Assembly (NCBI RefSeq): GCF_902713615.1
Contig: NC_052149.1
Coordinates: forward strand, 143,507,383 to 143,571,382
Direction of reading: 5' to 3'
DNA: 64,000 nucleotides
From: Scyliorhinus canicula
Lineage: Eukaryota
This document shows, in pieces, positions 50,035 to 63,707 of the stretch. Position 1 is the first letter of the stretch; the number at the start of each line of letters is the position of its first letter. Under the pieces are notes generated by a model. The model made no database searches, had not been told where the DNA came from, and saw only the letters and a list, made by a program, of their open reading frames with translations. Both the position numbers and the translations under genes were made by a program.

Positions 50035-51630
50035 CTCAATATATCAAAGAGGAAGTGTTGAGTATCCTAAATTGTATTATGGTAGACAAGTCCCCAGGGC
50101 GGGATGGGATCTATCCCAGGTTACAGCGGGAGGCAAGGAGAGAAATAGCTGTGACTTTAACATCATCTTTGACCACTGGTGACGTTCCAGAATAGCCAAT
50201 GTTGTTCCCCTTGTTCAAGGAAGGAAGCAGGGATAATCCAGCAAATTATAGGCCGGTGAGCCTGATATCAGTGGTGCGGAAGCTTTTGGAAAAGACACTG
50301 AGGGACAGGATATATGCACAGTTGGAGGAAAAGAGACTAGTTAGTGACAGGCAGCATGGTTTTGCATGGGGATGGTCACGTCTCAACAACTTGATTGAGT
50401 TTTTTGAAGAGGTGACAAAGAATATTGATGAGGGAGTGGCTGTGGATGTAATTTATATGGACTTTAGTAAGCTTTTGACAAGGTCCCAAATGGCAGATTG
50501 GTACAAAAACTAAAATCACATGGGATGTGGGGTGGGCTGGTTAGATGGATACATAACTGGCTTGGTTATAAAAGACAGAGAGCTTCGGTGGAAGGGCGTT
50601 TATCAGATTGGAGATCTGTAGCTAGTGGTGTTCCGCAGGGATCAGTGCTGGGATCTCTTGTTTGTAGTATATATAAATGATCTGCAGGAAAGTGTGGGTG
50701 GTTTGATTAGTAAATTTGTGGATAGAAGATTGGCGGAGTTGCTGATAATTTTTGAGGATTGTCGGAGGATACAACAGAATATCGATGGATTCGGGATTTG
50801 GACACAGAAATGGCAGATAAAATTTAATCCGGACAAATGCGAGGTGATGCATTTTCGTGGATCAAATCTAGGTATGAATTATACTGTAAATGGCAGAACC
50901 CGGAGGAAGATTAACATACAGAGGGGTCTGGGTGTGCAGGTACACAATTCTCTAAATATGCCAACATAGGTGCCCAAGGTGATTAAGAAGGCATATGGCA
51001 TGCTTGCTTCATCAGCTGGGGCATTGAGTACAGGAGTTGGGAAATCATATTGCAGCTATATAAAACTTTGGTTAGGCCGCATTTGGAGTATTGTGAGCAG
51101 TTCTGGTCACCACATTATCAGAAGAACGTGGAAGCTTTGGAGAGAGTGCAAAAAAGGTTCACTGGGATATTGCCTGGTCTTGAGGGTGTTGGCTGTGACA
51201 AGATATTGAATAAACTAGGATTGTTTTCACTGGAAAGACGGAGGCTGAGGGGAGACCTGATAGAGGTCTACACAATTATGAGAGGCATAGAGAGGGTGGA
51301 TAGTCAGAGGCTTTTTCCAAGGGTGGAATTGTCAATTACAAGGGGGCACCGGTTCAAAGTGAGAGGGGGAAAGTTTAAGGGAGATGTGCGGGGTACGTTT
51401 TTCACGCAGAGAGTGGTGGGTGCCTGAAACGCATTGCCAGAGGCTGTGGTGGAAGCAGGCACATTAGGAACATTTAAGAAGCTTCTGGATGGGTACATAA
51501 ATAATGAGGAAATAGAAGATGCAGACCGAGTAAGGGCAGAAGGTTTTGTTTTTTTAGTTGGGGCATTTTGATCGGCACAGGCTTGGAGGGCCGAAGGCCT
51601 GTTCCTGTGCTGTACTTTTCTTTGTTCTTT
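50035..51630 (+). mobile_element. CR1 ORF2 3' half with tail
   Basis: KSPGRDGIYPR, NYRPVSL, GVPQGSVLG, LVRPHLEYC, TRGHRFKV. Confidence 0.9.
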
Positions 51631-51720
51631 GTTAATAAATTCTTAGAACTACAAATATAAATTAGACCTACTGAAATATGCCCAATACTTTAAAACAAAC
51701 AACACACCAGATTCACAACC

Positions 51721-51865
51721 AATAGAGCATTGCAGGCTCGCAGGACAATGGTTCCGGTGCTTGGAGCATTCAGGTGGTGCCCTGAAATACCCTGCTGCAA
51801 GGATCTCAGCAATGGTCTGCTACACTCTCCATAACAATGCTCTCCAAAGAGGTGTGGACCGTAAA
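51721..51865 (+). mobile_element. PIF/Harbinger transposase C-terminal remnant
   Basis: IEH...WFRCLEHSGGALKYPAARISAMVCYTLHNNALQRG resembles the Harbinger/HARBI1-type E...RFRCLD..GG.LQY....LHN motif. Confidence 0.65.
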
Positions 51866-52206
51866 TATAGCGAGGCCCCGGAAGGAAACAACTCATCGAA
51901 GGAGGAGAAGGAGTGGGGGTTAGAAGGGAGGAGGGATTTGAGGCAGAGGAAGTTAACTCTGAACAGAAGGATGCCACTGCTGCATGATGCGATTGCTTTC
52001 AACCTCCAGGAATAGCCCCTTCCTCCTCTCCCTCATGGGTGCTGGTCAATAATCAATTAAATCAATGCACTTTCATTGTCCTAATCGAAATTCACTGTGT
52101 GTTCAATTGCTTATGTGTAACTAAAATTAAAAATTGTGAAGTATATCAGCAATGGCAGAACCTGTGCCACTACAGTGCTGTGCCAACATCACATTGAAAA
52201 CATAGA

Positions 52207-55200
52207 GGATGCGATTTAATGGAAAAAATTCTAAGTGCCATTTTGGGCAAGTTGGCGGGGTGTTTCTTGCTGGCTTTTTCATTGAGATCCACATCGGTAC
52301 GTATCCACATACAGGGCGAGATTCTCCTTTTGGAGACTGGGCGCGATTCTCTGGAAAGATTTCTAAGTGTTGTAGCGAGCGAGATTTGCTGCAAGCTTCC
52401 TGGCACTCGGCCCAGTGAGGCCAGCAACACTATTGAATGTTAAATGGGCCATTTATCGAGGTCTCACGGGCTTCTCGCCGCAAATGAAGGCTCACCAGCA
52501 CTTGCTCAACCAATCCCAGCCAGCTCGCAACAATGGCGCAGAGGAGACCAGTCCCAAGATTCGGAGATGTTGAGCTGGGGAAGCTGGTAGATGTTGTGGA
52601 GGCCAAGACGGATGTCCTGTTCCCCTGAGGGTCCAGGAGGATCAGCCATAAGGCAGCTAATGCTACCTGGAATGAGGTGGCGGCGGTTGTGAGTGCCTGG
52701 AATGTGACCAGAAGGACTGGCCTCCAGTGTAGAAAGAAGGTTAGTGACCTACGCCAGGCAGCACGACCAACAACCCTACCTCCCCACGGGAGCGTCTACT
52801 CATCTTCAACCTCCCCAACTCTTCCTTCCATCGCCTCCTCCCCCTTCAATTCTTCCTTCATACCCTCTCTGTGAACCCCGTGTGTGGCTAACAGTGTCCC
52901 CTCTGTATCTCCTCAGGGAAAGCTCTCCCACAATCACTGGAGAGGCCCCAGACTGGCAGTGGTGTGCCGGACATCAGAATCTTCGCCACCTTTGAGGAGC
53001 ATGCCCTGGAGGTGATAAGGGTGGCGAGGACAGAGCGGTCACCAGCATGGAGGCTGGAGGACGCCGCAGAGGTGAGGAACCACCGGGCCCCACCTGAAGG
53101 ATCTGTCAAAAGTGAGTTTTTATTTCCTTACTGACTGACCCATCCCTCCTACTGACCACATGTCCATTCTCCCACAGGTCCTCCAGCAGACGCTGACAGC
53201 CCATCCCAGGCGGCACCAAATCCAGTCTCCTAAGAGAACACCTCGGAGGAGAACTCTGAGGATGCCACTGTGGTCGTGGCACAGCTGTCAGCCCCACCCT
53301 TCACCAGCGCAGACACACACATCTTGGTGGGAAATGTTAGTGGTCAGGCTTCTTGGGCACACTCTGGTGTACATCAGCACACACTGCTGCTGATCCACAC
53401 CAGGTGGAGGCAGGAACCCCCAGACGAGGCAGCAGTTGGAGGTCTGCTGAATCTCAGGCACCTGCTGGGTCCCAGCCTGATGTTGAGCCTGTGGAACAGA
53501 GTGTCCCAGAGCTGGTGGAAATGTTAGGGAGCAGCCGGGACATTCAGAGGGAGATGTCAGCGACACTCTAGCAAATCCATAGCCAATTGAAGGAGTCCAA
53601 GGGCTACGGGTGCAGGAGATGTCACTGGCAATGCGTGGCACCAAGGTCAACACTGCTAGGTTGTGGACCGCAGTGAATAGCTTGGTGCAAGACGTCGGCA
53701 CCATTAGTGAAGATGTCCCAGTCATTGCACAGTCGGTGACGGCCATGGTTAAGAGTCTCAACAGAATGTCCGTCTCGCTGGAGGATGTCGTCCAGTACCA
53801 AGCTGACCTTGATGAGGTTCTGCGGGACATGTCCTGCTCTCAGATGGGAATGACCGAGGCGTTGAGGATCTTGTATCAGTCGCAGGTGGGCATTGTCGAG
53901 GCAGTGCAGAGCATGCCCCAGTCACTGAGGAGCATCGCTGTGGGCGTCGACATAATGGTGCGGACCATGGGGAACCACCAGGGTTGGCAGAGTTAGATGA
54001 TGCAGGGGCAGCCAGAGCTCGAACCAGCTGTCCCTCCATCCCAAGATGAACCCAGGGCCCAATGGGCACTGATCAGGGGGAGGGGGCGCTGAGTGCCAAC
54101 CTGGACCTGTCCCATGAAGTGGGGATGGTGACCATCAGCTCCCCTGAGTTCCACCCCTCTGACGAGGCCCCATCTCACAGCCAGCACACGGGACAGGGTG
54201 GCACAGCTGTGCATGTGCCGCCGACAAGCAAATCTGGGCCCTCTGGCCCCAGAGCACCCCCAGAGAACGTCTGCCGGGGGCATTGAAGGCCACGGGATGA
54301 GTTAAGCAGCTAGCTGCCTTCACCTCCTATATGCATTCTGGGGACACACCTAGATGTAGTCGTAGAGCTAGGAGGGCAAAGAACATCGAATATCACTGAC
54401 GGCACTGGGGGTGGGGGCTAGGGAGAGGCTGGGGGTCGGGGTGGGGGAGAGAGCAGCACCATTGGGAGGATGGGGGATTGCCAAACACAATAAACACCTT
54501 TCTGCACAACCAGAATGATGCCTCAGTCACCTTCTTCCGCAATGCAGGCTGACCCCCGGACCCTTGGCCTATCTCTCCATGCTTCCCCCCTCTTCCTCAT
54601 GGCACCCACACACCCTCCGGCCATGGGCATTTCCCCGGAGCTGTGTCCCATCCCTGGGTGTTTGGATGTTGCGTGTGTGATGTTGCCTCCCTCAGTGTTC
54701 AAGCATAGTGTCAGGTATCAAGGTTTGATTGGGATGCTACGCAATGACTCCCACATGCTACAAGGCCCGCCCACCCACGGGACTCCACTAGGATGGTGTG
54801 AAGTGCTCACTTAACCACAATTGCCAATTGCCTATCAACAATAGCTTTCAGCCACATGCCAGAGGCGTTGGCAGTCGGTGGTGGTTATCGGTGGTCGGTG
54901 GTGCAGAGAGGCAGGGACAATGGTTGCCCCAGGAACAGGATCATGCATTCCAGTGGTTGGCATTGTGTCGCGAACGGTTGTCCCCCAGCACACCTCCTCA
55001 CCCTTCCATGGCAGCCCACCCCTGTGGAGGGTCCCCCACCTGAGGGTTCCCCCCCCCCCCCCCCCCCCCCCATGAGCACTGGCATGGCAAGCCCAGCATC
55101 CCGGGCTCTTTGCCTGTGGGCAAAGGTGGATACTCACCTCCTCGGCTCCCCACAGAAAACCTTCCAACATGTTCTTGTTATTCAAAATGTGTATTAATCA

Positions 55201-55365
55201 GCGCCAACGTTACCACTTGCTGAGGAGGCCATTAAATGACAGGAGGCCATTGGATATGGGGTGGTTTTCGTTAATTGTATGAGAACGCCGAAAATTGGTT
55301 TCTTGCCACGCTACGGCAAGATCTCAATTTCGGCTATGGGAGCGGGCCGGTTGGATCGCAAACTG
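52207..55365 (+). mobile_element. PIF/Harbinger-derived element with decayed Myb/SANT-like (NAIF1-type) gene
   Basis: TIR-like GGGCG(C/A)GATTCTC at 52314 and 52339. ORF from 52533 reads MAQRRPVPRFGDVELGKLVDVVEAKTDVLFP*...WNEVAAVVSA...RTGLQCRKKVSDL, followed by a coiled-coil-like segment at 53610-53996. Right end is approximate. Confidence 0.7.
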
Positions 55366-56439
55366 CTTGGCGACTGGAGCAGAACAGTCGCTGTAAGTTG
55401 TCATGCAGGTACAGCAGGCGGTGAGGAAAGCTAATGGCATGCTGGCCTTCATAGCAAGAGGATTTGAGTAAAGGAGTAGGGATGTCTTGCTGCAGTTATA
55501 CGGGGCCTTGGTGAGGCCACACCTTGAGTATTGTGTGCAGTTATGGTCTCCTTGTTTGAGGAAGGTCATTCTTGCTATTGAGGGTGTCCGGTGAAGGTTC
55601 ACCAGACTAATTCCCAGGATGGAAGGCCTGACGTATGAAGAAGCCCATCACCTTATGAATTTAAGACTCATCCCAGGGAAAATCCAAATTTCGTTTTGTT
55701 TTCCACAGGAGGCAGATGTCTGGCACAAAAACAGAGCAAGCTCCTGTTTTCCACCTCCCACTGGAAAATCCAAATCCTTGATGGAAACATTTTGGTGCCC
55801 AGAATTGTGCACAATACCTCAGCTGAGGCCTAACCAATGTTCAATATAAAGTTCAGCATAACTTGCTTTTATGTTCAATCCTGAAGAATCCCGTAAGCTT
55901 TCTTAACCGCCTTATCAACTTGTGTTTGCCACCTTTAAGAACTTGTGACAATGTACCCCCAGGTCCTTTAGCTCCTGCAGCTCTCAAAATAGTACCGTTT
56001 AGATTATACTGCCTTTCCCAAAGAGCCCTCCCGAAGTGAAATGGTTCACACTCATCTACATTGAATTGTACCTGCCATCTGTATTCCTGAAGTCTCCTTC
56101 TCACTAGTTACCATGTTGCCAAATTTTGTATCACTTGTAAAATTCTTTTTATATCACTTGTAAACTTCAAAATTTACTCTCTCTGCCCAAGTACAAGTTT
56201 TATATGACTTATCAAGAAAAGCCATGACCCTGATACCTTGTAGCCAATTACTAACCTAAGTTACCACTATCCATTTAATTCCATATGTTTCTATTTCTCA
56301 AGTAAGTCAGTTATGTGATACTTTATCAAATGCCTTTGAACGTCCGTACCTGAAGAAAATGACCGAATGAGTTTTATTCTGGTCTAATGCATTTTTGCAA
56401 CCAAATATCTCTCTGTAACGTTTAACACTTGTGTTTGGA

Positions 56440-57350
56440 CTTCCGGTTGCAGCATGGGAGGGGAGGTCGCTCACTAGGTTGCTCTAACCAGGATCTGCAT
56501 TTTTAAGGAATTTTTGCAGTAAAGCATTCTGTTGATAATAGTGTTCCTGCACCAAATAAATGCCAAAAAGAAAAGGAAAAGGAAGCAAAGAACCCATAGA
56601 AGGTCATTCTTCGGCGGACTTGGAGGCTTGGTGCAGTTCGCCAGCAAAGAAATGTTAGTATTATTGACAACGGCCATCCCGATAACAGCAGACATGCTCT
56701 CGGGTGTATTCACAAAGGAGTTTGACAAACACTTCGAAAAGCAATGGAGGTTGGTGTTGGGAGAGTCTACGAAAATCGATTGAGAAAGTGCTGAGCCCTG
56801 TCTGGGTGAAACTTGACAAGATCACTGAGGCAGCAAAGATCCTGGGTGAGGTACTAGAATGGGTGGAGAAGGCGTTAACGAGCCAAGGTAAGCAGCTTGC
56901 GTCTTTGGAAGCAGAGCTAGTAGTGGCGGCCAATGAGAATAAGGGATTAAAGGCTGAGGCCGATGATCTCAAAAATCAGTCAAGGAGGCAGAACCTCGAG
57001 AGTCGTGGGGTTGCCGGAGGGGGTGGAGGACCTGAAACCCATAGAATATCTATCACAGATGTTTGGGAAGATGGTGGATGAGGATGCTCTCACGTCCCTC
57101 CAGAACTGGACAGGGCCCATTGAACACTTTGGCAGAAGCCTCGGCTGAACGAGCCACCTCGAGCGATCATTATTCAATTCCACAGCTTTAGGGAGAAGGG
57201 GAGGGTCCTGAAGTGGGCCAAAGAACACCGTGACTCAAAGTGGGAAGGAAACCTCGTGAAGATTTACCAGAACGTGGGGGCTGAGCTGGGGAGGAAACGA
57301 GTGGCCTTTAATGAGGTTAAGGCCGTTCTATATAAGAAAGGAGTTTGGTT
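56440..57350 (+). mobile_element. L1-clade LINE 5' UTR and ORF1, degenerate
   Basis: Starts acttccggttgc; reads ENKGLKAEADDLKNQSRRQNL / VVGLPEGVE; related to the ORF1 at 35548-36106. Confidence 0.85.
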
Positions 57351-57609
57351 TGGTCACATTCTATTACTGTTGTCCTCAAACATTTTGAAATGATGTAAAA
57401 CATCAAGGTGCAGCTCACAAGTTTACTATTTCCCATTTAATAATGGAAGTCTTGCTCAGTTGATAATGGTATTGGATTTTTGTTGTAATGATCTTTACCA
57501 AAAGCCATCACTGCCTGGTATTTTAATCTTAATGGCCTTCGATTGTACTGAGCTGGAGAACTTTGTTTCCTTCTGTCTTCCAAACAAGGCTCCATTTGTT
57601 ATAATACAG

Positions 57610-57870
57610 TAATAATCTTTAGTGTCACAAGTAGGCTTACATAATTAAGTTACTGTGAAAAGCCTCGAGTTGCCACATTCTGCCACTTGTTCGGGTCCAC
57701 AAAGAGAGAATTCAGAATTTCCAAATTACCTAACAGCATGTCTTTTGGGACTTGTGGGAGGAAACCAACGCATACACAGGGAGAACATGCAGACTCCGCA
57801 CAGACAGTGACCCAAGCCGGGAATCGAACCTGAGATTCTGTGAAGTCATAGTGCTAACTACTATGCTACC
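57610..57870 (-). mobile_element. V-SINE, alternative-tail subfamily
   Basis: Head, partial core and tail cctacttgtgacactaaagattatt. Confidence 0.8.
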
Positions 57871-58944
57871 GGAAATACAAGCTTTGTAGAACAATTGAGA
57901 TAAATAGGTGTGATGTTTCCTTGAAGATTTCAATTGTTCTACTAGACTTTCCAGACATATTGACTATTTCTGTGCCCTAACACAAAGCAGATATTCTGAA
58001 GCTGAAGAGCTGCATGTTTACAACTAAAAAAAATTGAAAGAAGAGAGTAAAGCAAACAGTTTCAAACAAATAATTTTTATATATTCCTATATAATTTTAT
58101 TTTTGTTCATGGGAAGACTGTTCAATATACTTAAGAATGCAGGACATTTTCTTTCATATTCTTCAGACTACCCCCTTTAAACAAGATCAAAAATCTTTAA
58201 ATGGAGCAAAAGAAGTAAGTAATGATTAATGCGATGAGGCAAAGGTGCACCATTGCTAAAAGCTAGTGTTCAAGTATAAAAAATATTTATGGATTTTTGG
58301 CCTTTAAGTGAAAAAACTGGAATACAAAAAATGGAAAAGTAATACTTCAGTTGGTCAGACCATGTTCAGTTCCAGCAGTCGGAAAAATATAAAAGACAGG
58401 AAGTGCAGGTGGTTGGAAGGTGAGGACAAATGGAATCTTATTGTGGTTCAGGGAAGGAGAGTAGATCAGAAGTGCAGGAAATGGGACAGACATGGTCAAA
58501 AGGCAGGTCAACCACAGTGGAAGGGTGTCCTTGGTTCAGGAATTAGGAAGATATATCGGAAGGTGGAAAGCAGCATCATCTGAATACAGCATCTGTGGAA
58601 AAAGAAACAGAGTTAATTGATGACCTTTCATCGGAACAGGAGGAATTAGAGAGGTAGCAAGTTTTTAAGCAGTTGCAGAGACCAGGGAAGGTGAGAGATG
58701 TGGAGGGGAGGAAAGAGCAACAAGGAAAGTCTTTGATAGGGTAGAAGGAAAGAGTGATTCAAAAGGGATGATGGTGCTAGGTAAAAGGGGCAGTGATGGG
58801 ACAAGTAAAGATGCAAACGTTTAAATGGCATCAGCAGAATCTGTGACGAATATAAGAAATTGGTATATATATTCTGTGTACCAGGTGCTGTAATGGTTAA
58901 AAGCCTGTGTTAGGGTATGTATGTGACTGCTGCAGTACATCGAC

Positions 58945-61900
58945 ATACAGAGAAAATAGAAGCATGAGAAGGCCATTCAGCTCTTTGAACCTGCTCCACC
59001 ATTGATTATGATCATGGCTGATCATCAAGTTTAATACCGTGATCCTGTCTTCTCCCCATATCCCTTAATCCCTTTAGCCCCAAAAGCTATATCTAATTCC
59101 TTCTTGAAATTATGCAACATTTTGGCCTCGACTACTTTCTGTGGTATATCTGTGAATTTCACAGATTCACCACTCTCTGGGTGAAGAAATTTCTCCTCAC
59201 CTCAATCCTAAAGGTTCCGAATCTACCCTGTTTAATCCTGTTAGTAATGTATATGTTTCTATGCAATCCCCTCTCATTCTTCCAAACTCCAATGAATATA
59301 ATCCGAATGGACTTAGTCTCTCCTCATATGACAGTCCCACCATTCCAGGAATCAGCCTGATAAACCTTTGCTGCACCATAGCAAGAACATCCTTCCTCAG
59401 ATAAGGACACCAAAACTGCACACAATACTCCAGGTGTGGCCTCACCAATGCCCTGTACAATTGCAATAAAGCATTCCTTTTCCTATACTCAAAACCCTTC
59501 ACTATGAATGCCAACATACCATTTGCCTTCTTTACTGCCTGCTGTACCTGCGAGGTTACTTTCAGCAACTGTTTACAAGGGCACCTAGGTGTCACTGATT
59601 ATCCACCTCTCTCAATTTACACCCATTCAAATAATAATCTGCCATCCTATTTTTGCTACTAAAGTGGATAACCTCACATTTATCCATATTATACTGCATC
59701 CACATTATACTGCATCTGCTATGCATATACCCACTCACTCAGCTTGTCCAAATCCCACTGAAGCATCTCTGCATCCTCCTTACAGCTCACCCTCCCACCC
59801 AACTTTGTATCATCTGCAAGTTTGGAGATAATACATTTAGTTCCGTCATCCAAATCATTCATATATAATGTGAACAGTTGGGGTCCTAGCACAGACCCTG
59901 GCAATACCCCCTAGTCACTGCCTGCCAATCGGAAAAAGACCCATTTATTCCAACTTTCTGCTTCCTGTCTGCTAACCAGCTTTCTATCCATCTCAAAACA
60001 CTAACCGTATTCCCATGCACTGAGACCTTGTTGTAAACCTTCTAAAAGTCTAAATAAACCACATCACCGGTTCTCCCTGGTCAACTCTACTAGCTACATC
60101 TCCATAGAATTCTAGTAAATTTGTCAAGCATGTTTTCTCTTTCGTAAATCCATGCTGACTTTGTCTGATTACACCAGTGCTTTCTAAATGTTGTGCTATG
60201 AAACCCTTGACAATGGACTCCAGCAACTTCCCTACTACCAACGGTAGGCTCACTGGTCTAAAATTCCCTGTTTTCTCTTTACCTCCCTTTTTGAATAGTG
60301 GGGTTATATTAGCTACCGTCCAATCTGTAGGAACCATTCGAGAGTCCAAAGAAGTTTGAAAAATGACCACCAATGGATCTAGTATTTCTAGGGCCACTTT
60401 CTTAAGTACTCTGGGATGAAGATTATCAGGCCCTAAAGATTTGAGCTCCTTCAATCCCCTTAATTTCCCCCAAACCATTTCTTTACTTATACCAATTTCC
60501 TTCAGCTCCTCCCTGAAGTTTGTGTTTCTCAGAGCTTCTGGTACATTATTCATGTCTTCCTTTGTGAAGACAGAAGCAAAGTATCAACTTAGTTCCTCAG
60601 CCATTTATTTTTTCCCCGTTATGAATTCTTCCGTTTCCGACTATAAGGGGCCTACAATAGTTTTTATCAATCTTTTTCCCTTTACATACCTGTAGAAACC
60701 TTTGCAGTCATTTTTATGCTACCTGCTAGCTTACTTTCATATTGTATTTTCCCCTTAATTAATTCCTTGATTCACCTTTGCTGAATTTTAAACTGTTTCG
60801 AATCCTCAGGTTTATTATTTTTTCTTGCCAATTTGTATGCCTCATCTTTGAATCTAATACTACCTCTAATATCCATTGTAAGCCATGGTTTGGTCAGTTC
60901 CCTTTCTACTCTTCCGCCAAATGGGAATAAAACCTTTTGGAGTTCACCTATTCATTCCTTGAATAGCTGCCATTGGCCATCCACTGTCCTTCCTTTCAGT
61001 AATGTTTCCTAATCCATCATATTCAGCTCATGCCTCATATCACCATAATTACCTTTGATTTTAGAATCAACTACCTCACGATCCACCTTAATAAAAAATT
61101 CTATCTTTGGTCTATGATCACTCATCCCCAAGGGTTCTCTCACAACTAGATTGCTAATTAATCCTCTCTCATTGCACAACGGCCAGTCCAAGATGGCCTA
61201 TTCCCTTGTTGGTTCCTCAGTGTATTGGTCCAGAAAACCATCCTGTATACACTCCAAAAATTCCTCCTCTATTGCACTGTGACTAATTTTTCTCACCCAA
61301 TCGATATGCAGTTTAAAGTCATCCCTAATCACCAATATTCTTTTATCCCATGCACCTCTGATTTCCTGTCTAATGCTATTCCCAACATTACCACTGCAGT
61401 TTTGTGGCCCGTATACCACTCCTAGAAATGGTTTTTGCCCCTTGGTGTTTCTTAACTCAACCCAGACAGATTCAACATCATTTGTGCTAATATCTTTCCT
61501 CAATATTGTGTCAACATCTTCTTCAAACAACAATGCAACTCCACCACCTTTTCCTTTATATCTGTCCTTCCTAAAAGTTAAATAGCCCTCAATGTTTAGT
61601 TCCCATCATTGGTCACCTTGGGGCCATGTCTCCGTAATCCCAACTTTATCATACTCCTTTACATCTATCTGCACAACTAATTCACCCATTTTATTTTGAA
61701 TGCGCCGCGCTTTCAGCTATAAAACCCTAAGGCTAGTCCTTATAACGTTCCTTGATCCATCCCTACTATTTTTTTTAGTGTCATTATCTGATACAGGCCC
61801 CTAATTTCTCTGCCTATCACTTTTCTTATTCTCCTTACTGTCTTTAATTTCTCTGCCGATCACTTTTCTTATTCTCCTTACTATCTTTTTCTCTTGTCTT

Positions 61901-62440
61901 TGATTCCCCCTACACTGAAACCGTATATAGGTTCCCATCCCTCTGCCATATTTTTAAACCCTCCCCAACCAGTCTAGCAAGTACCCCCCCCCAAGGACAT
62001 CAGTCCCGGTGTAACCCACCCAGTTTGTACAGGTCCCAACTCCCCCAAAACCGGTCTCAATACCCCAGGAATCTAAAACCCTCACACCATCTCCTCAGCC
62101 ACGTATTCATCCAATATATCCTGATATTTCTACTCTGACTAGCACTGGTGGTACTCCTGAGATCCTTTGAGGTTGACTTCTCAACTTTCTTCCTAACTCT
62201 CTGTATTCTGCTTTTAGGACCATATGTCTTTATTTTCCTATGTCGTTGGCACCGATCTGTACCAAAACCACTGGCTGTTCACCCTCCCCACCAAAATGTC
62301 CTGTAATCGCTCTGAGACATGTTTGACCCTATCACCAGGGAGGCAACACACCATCCTGGAGTCTCATTTGCGGCCACAGAAACAGCTAGCTGCTCCCCTT
62401 ACAATTGAATTTCCCCATAACTATTGCATTACCACACTTT
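58945..62440 (-). mobile_element. Long degenerate CR1 LINE (3' part of ORF1 plus ORF2)
   Basis: VESVWVELRN, SLGPDNLHPRVLK, NFRPVSL, SQHGF, GSVLGPQLF..LADD and LVRPHLEYC; collinear with 39490-43870. Confidence 0.9.
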
Positions 62441-63164
62441 TTACTACTTGGCTGAGACCCGTGCCGCTGGCCAGGGGGGCATCTGCCAGAGCTGGGGTGA
62501 GTGCTGGGGGGTGGCCATGAGGTGGGCTATGGGGACGGAGCCAGGCGGGTACGCGGTCCAGCACAACCAGCGCCATCTTGTCCGCGCGTGTGGGCGGGGG
62601 GGGGGGGTTGTAGGCGTACGTGAGGCTGCAGCCTGTCAGCCCTGAGCATATGCAGCACAGAATTGGCGATTCTCCAACCATTTCCCGAACATTCCACATG
62701 TATTCACGCAGCACCAGTGCTAGCCCCTCACCAGTAGGAGAATCGGTGAGGGTTTTGCACCGATTTTCCCGCTGTGAAACACCATGGACCCTTTGTTGGC
62801 ATTTTTCAATGTCCATTAGTCTGATTAATGACAACCAGAGCAGTTAGTTTGTCAGTTGCCTGTGGGTCAGTATTAGTGTTGTCAGCATTCATCAATATTG
62901 GTGAACTCATTTCTAATGGTGTACATTGAAGTTGAATAAACTTCCATCAAATAATTGAATTGCACTTGAGCCAATTATAAATCAAGATTTTAATAACACT
63001 AATTTCAAATTTCTGGCAGTTCTTTTCTAAGAACCACATATGGCTCTCTCCCACTGATATCTGTTCTTTTTTCTCCTCACCTCAGTCGTCTTCATTCAAT
63101 TCTTTGTTTCCTCGTGGCAGTATCACACGATAAATATAGGTTCACAATTGTTGGTGGCTCTCAT

Positions 63165-63388
63165 TTTTTTTTAAATTTTAGAGTACCCAATTTTTTTTCC
63201 AATTAAGGGGCAATATAGCGTGGCCAATCCACCTATCCTGTACATCTTTGGGTTATGGGAGTGAGACCAATGCACACATGGGGAGAATGTGCAAACTCTA
63301 CACGGCCAGTGACCGGGGCCGGGATCAAACCTGGGTCCTAAGTGTCGTGAGGCAGCAGTGCTAATTACTGCGCCACCGTGCTGCCCCC
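63165..63388 (-). mobile_element. A-tailed V-SINE
   Basis: ggggcagcacggtggcgcagt head; tail ccccttaattggaaaaaaaattgggtactctaaaattt. Confidence 0.9.
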
Positions 63389-63619
63389 TCAAGTATCTTC
63401 CATGATTAACTACCCTTCATGTGTGGCTCTGGACAGTGAGCTTTAGGACATCTCAGGCATATATGATCCTGCCCTCACTCAATGTTGACACATATTTAAT
63501 GCACCAGATACTGGATAGTGAATAAGAACAGGAAACCTAATAATTTATTTTCCCTCCCTTGCCTGGGCAAGTCTCAAACACTCCCTTGAATCAAGTTAGA
63601 CTGGGTTAGCAAACGTGAG

Positions 63620-63707
63620 GTGGGTCCTGAAGGTCAGCTGGCGTGGGTTCTGAAGGGCAGCCAGTTGGCAAAAGTGGGTCCCGGGAAAAAAAGTTTGAAA
63701 AACACTG
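63620..63707 (+). mobile_element. hAT terminal fragment related to 2193-3031
   Basis: ggcaaaagtgggtcccgggaaaaaaagtttgaaaaacactg approximates the reverse complement of the 2193 terminus. Confidence 0.65.

Noticed and set aside
56350-57595. Possible minus-strand exons of a C5orf52-like gene (..HSVIFF|gtacgg; MEPCLEDRR..|gtaaag)
   Set aside because: The phases do not join without a stop, and I found no conserved C5orf52 core exon.
58580-58850. Possible hammerhead in an old Penelope-like remnant (minus strand ccgatgaaaggtcatc)
   Set aside because: The core is degenerate (no CTGA, no GAAA) and the family assignment is weak.
61805-61885. Tandem duplication of about 43 bp in the CR1
   Set aside because: An ordinary local duplication in a decayed repeat.
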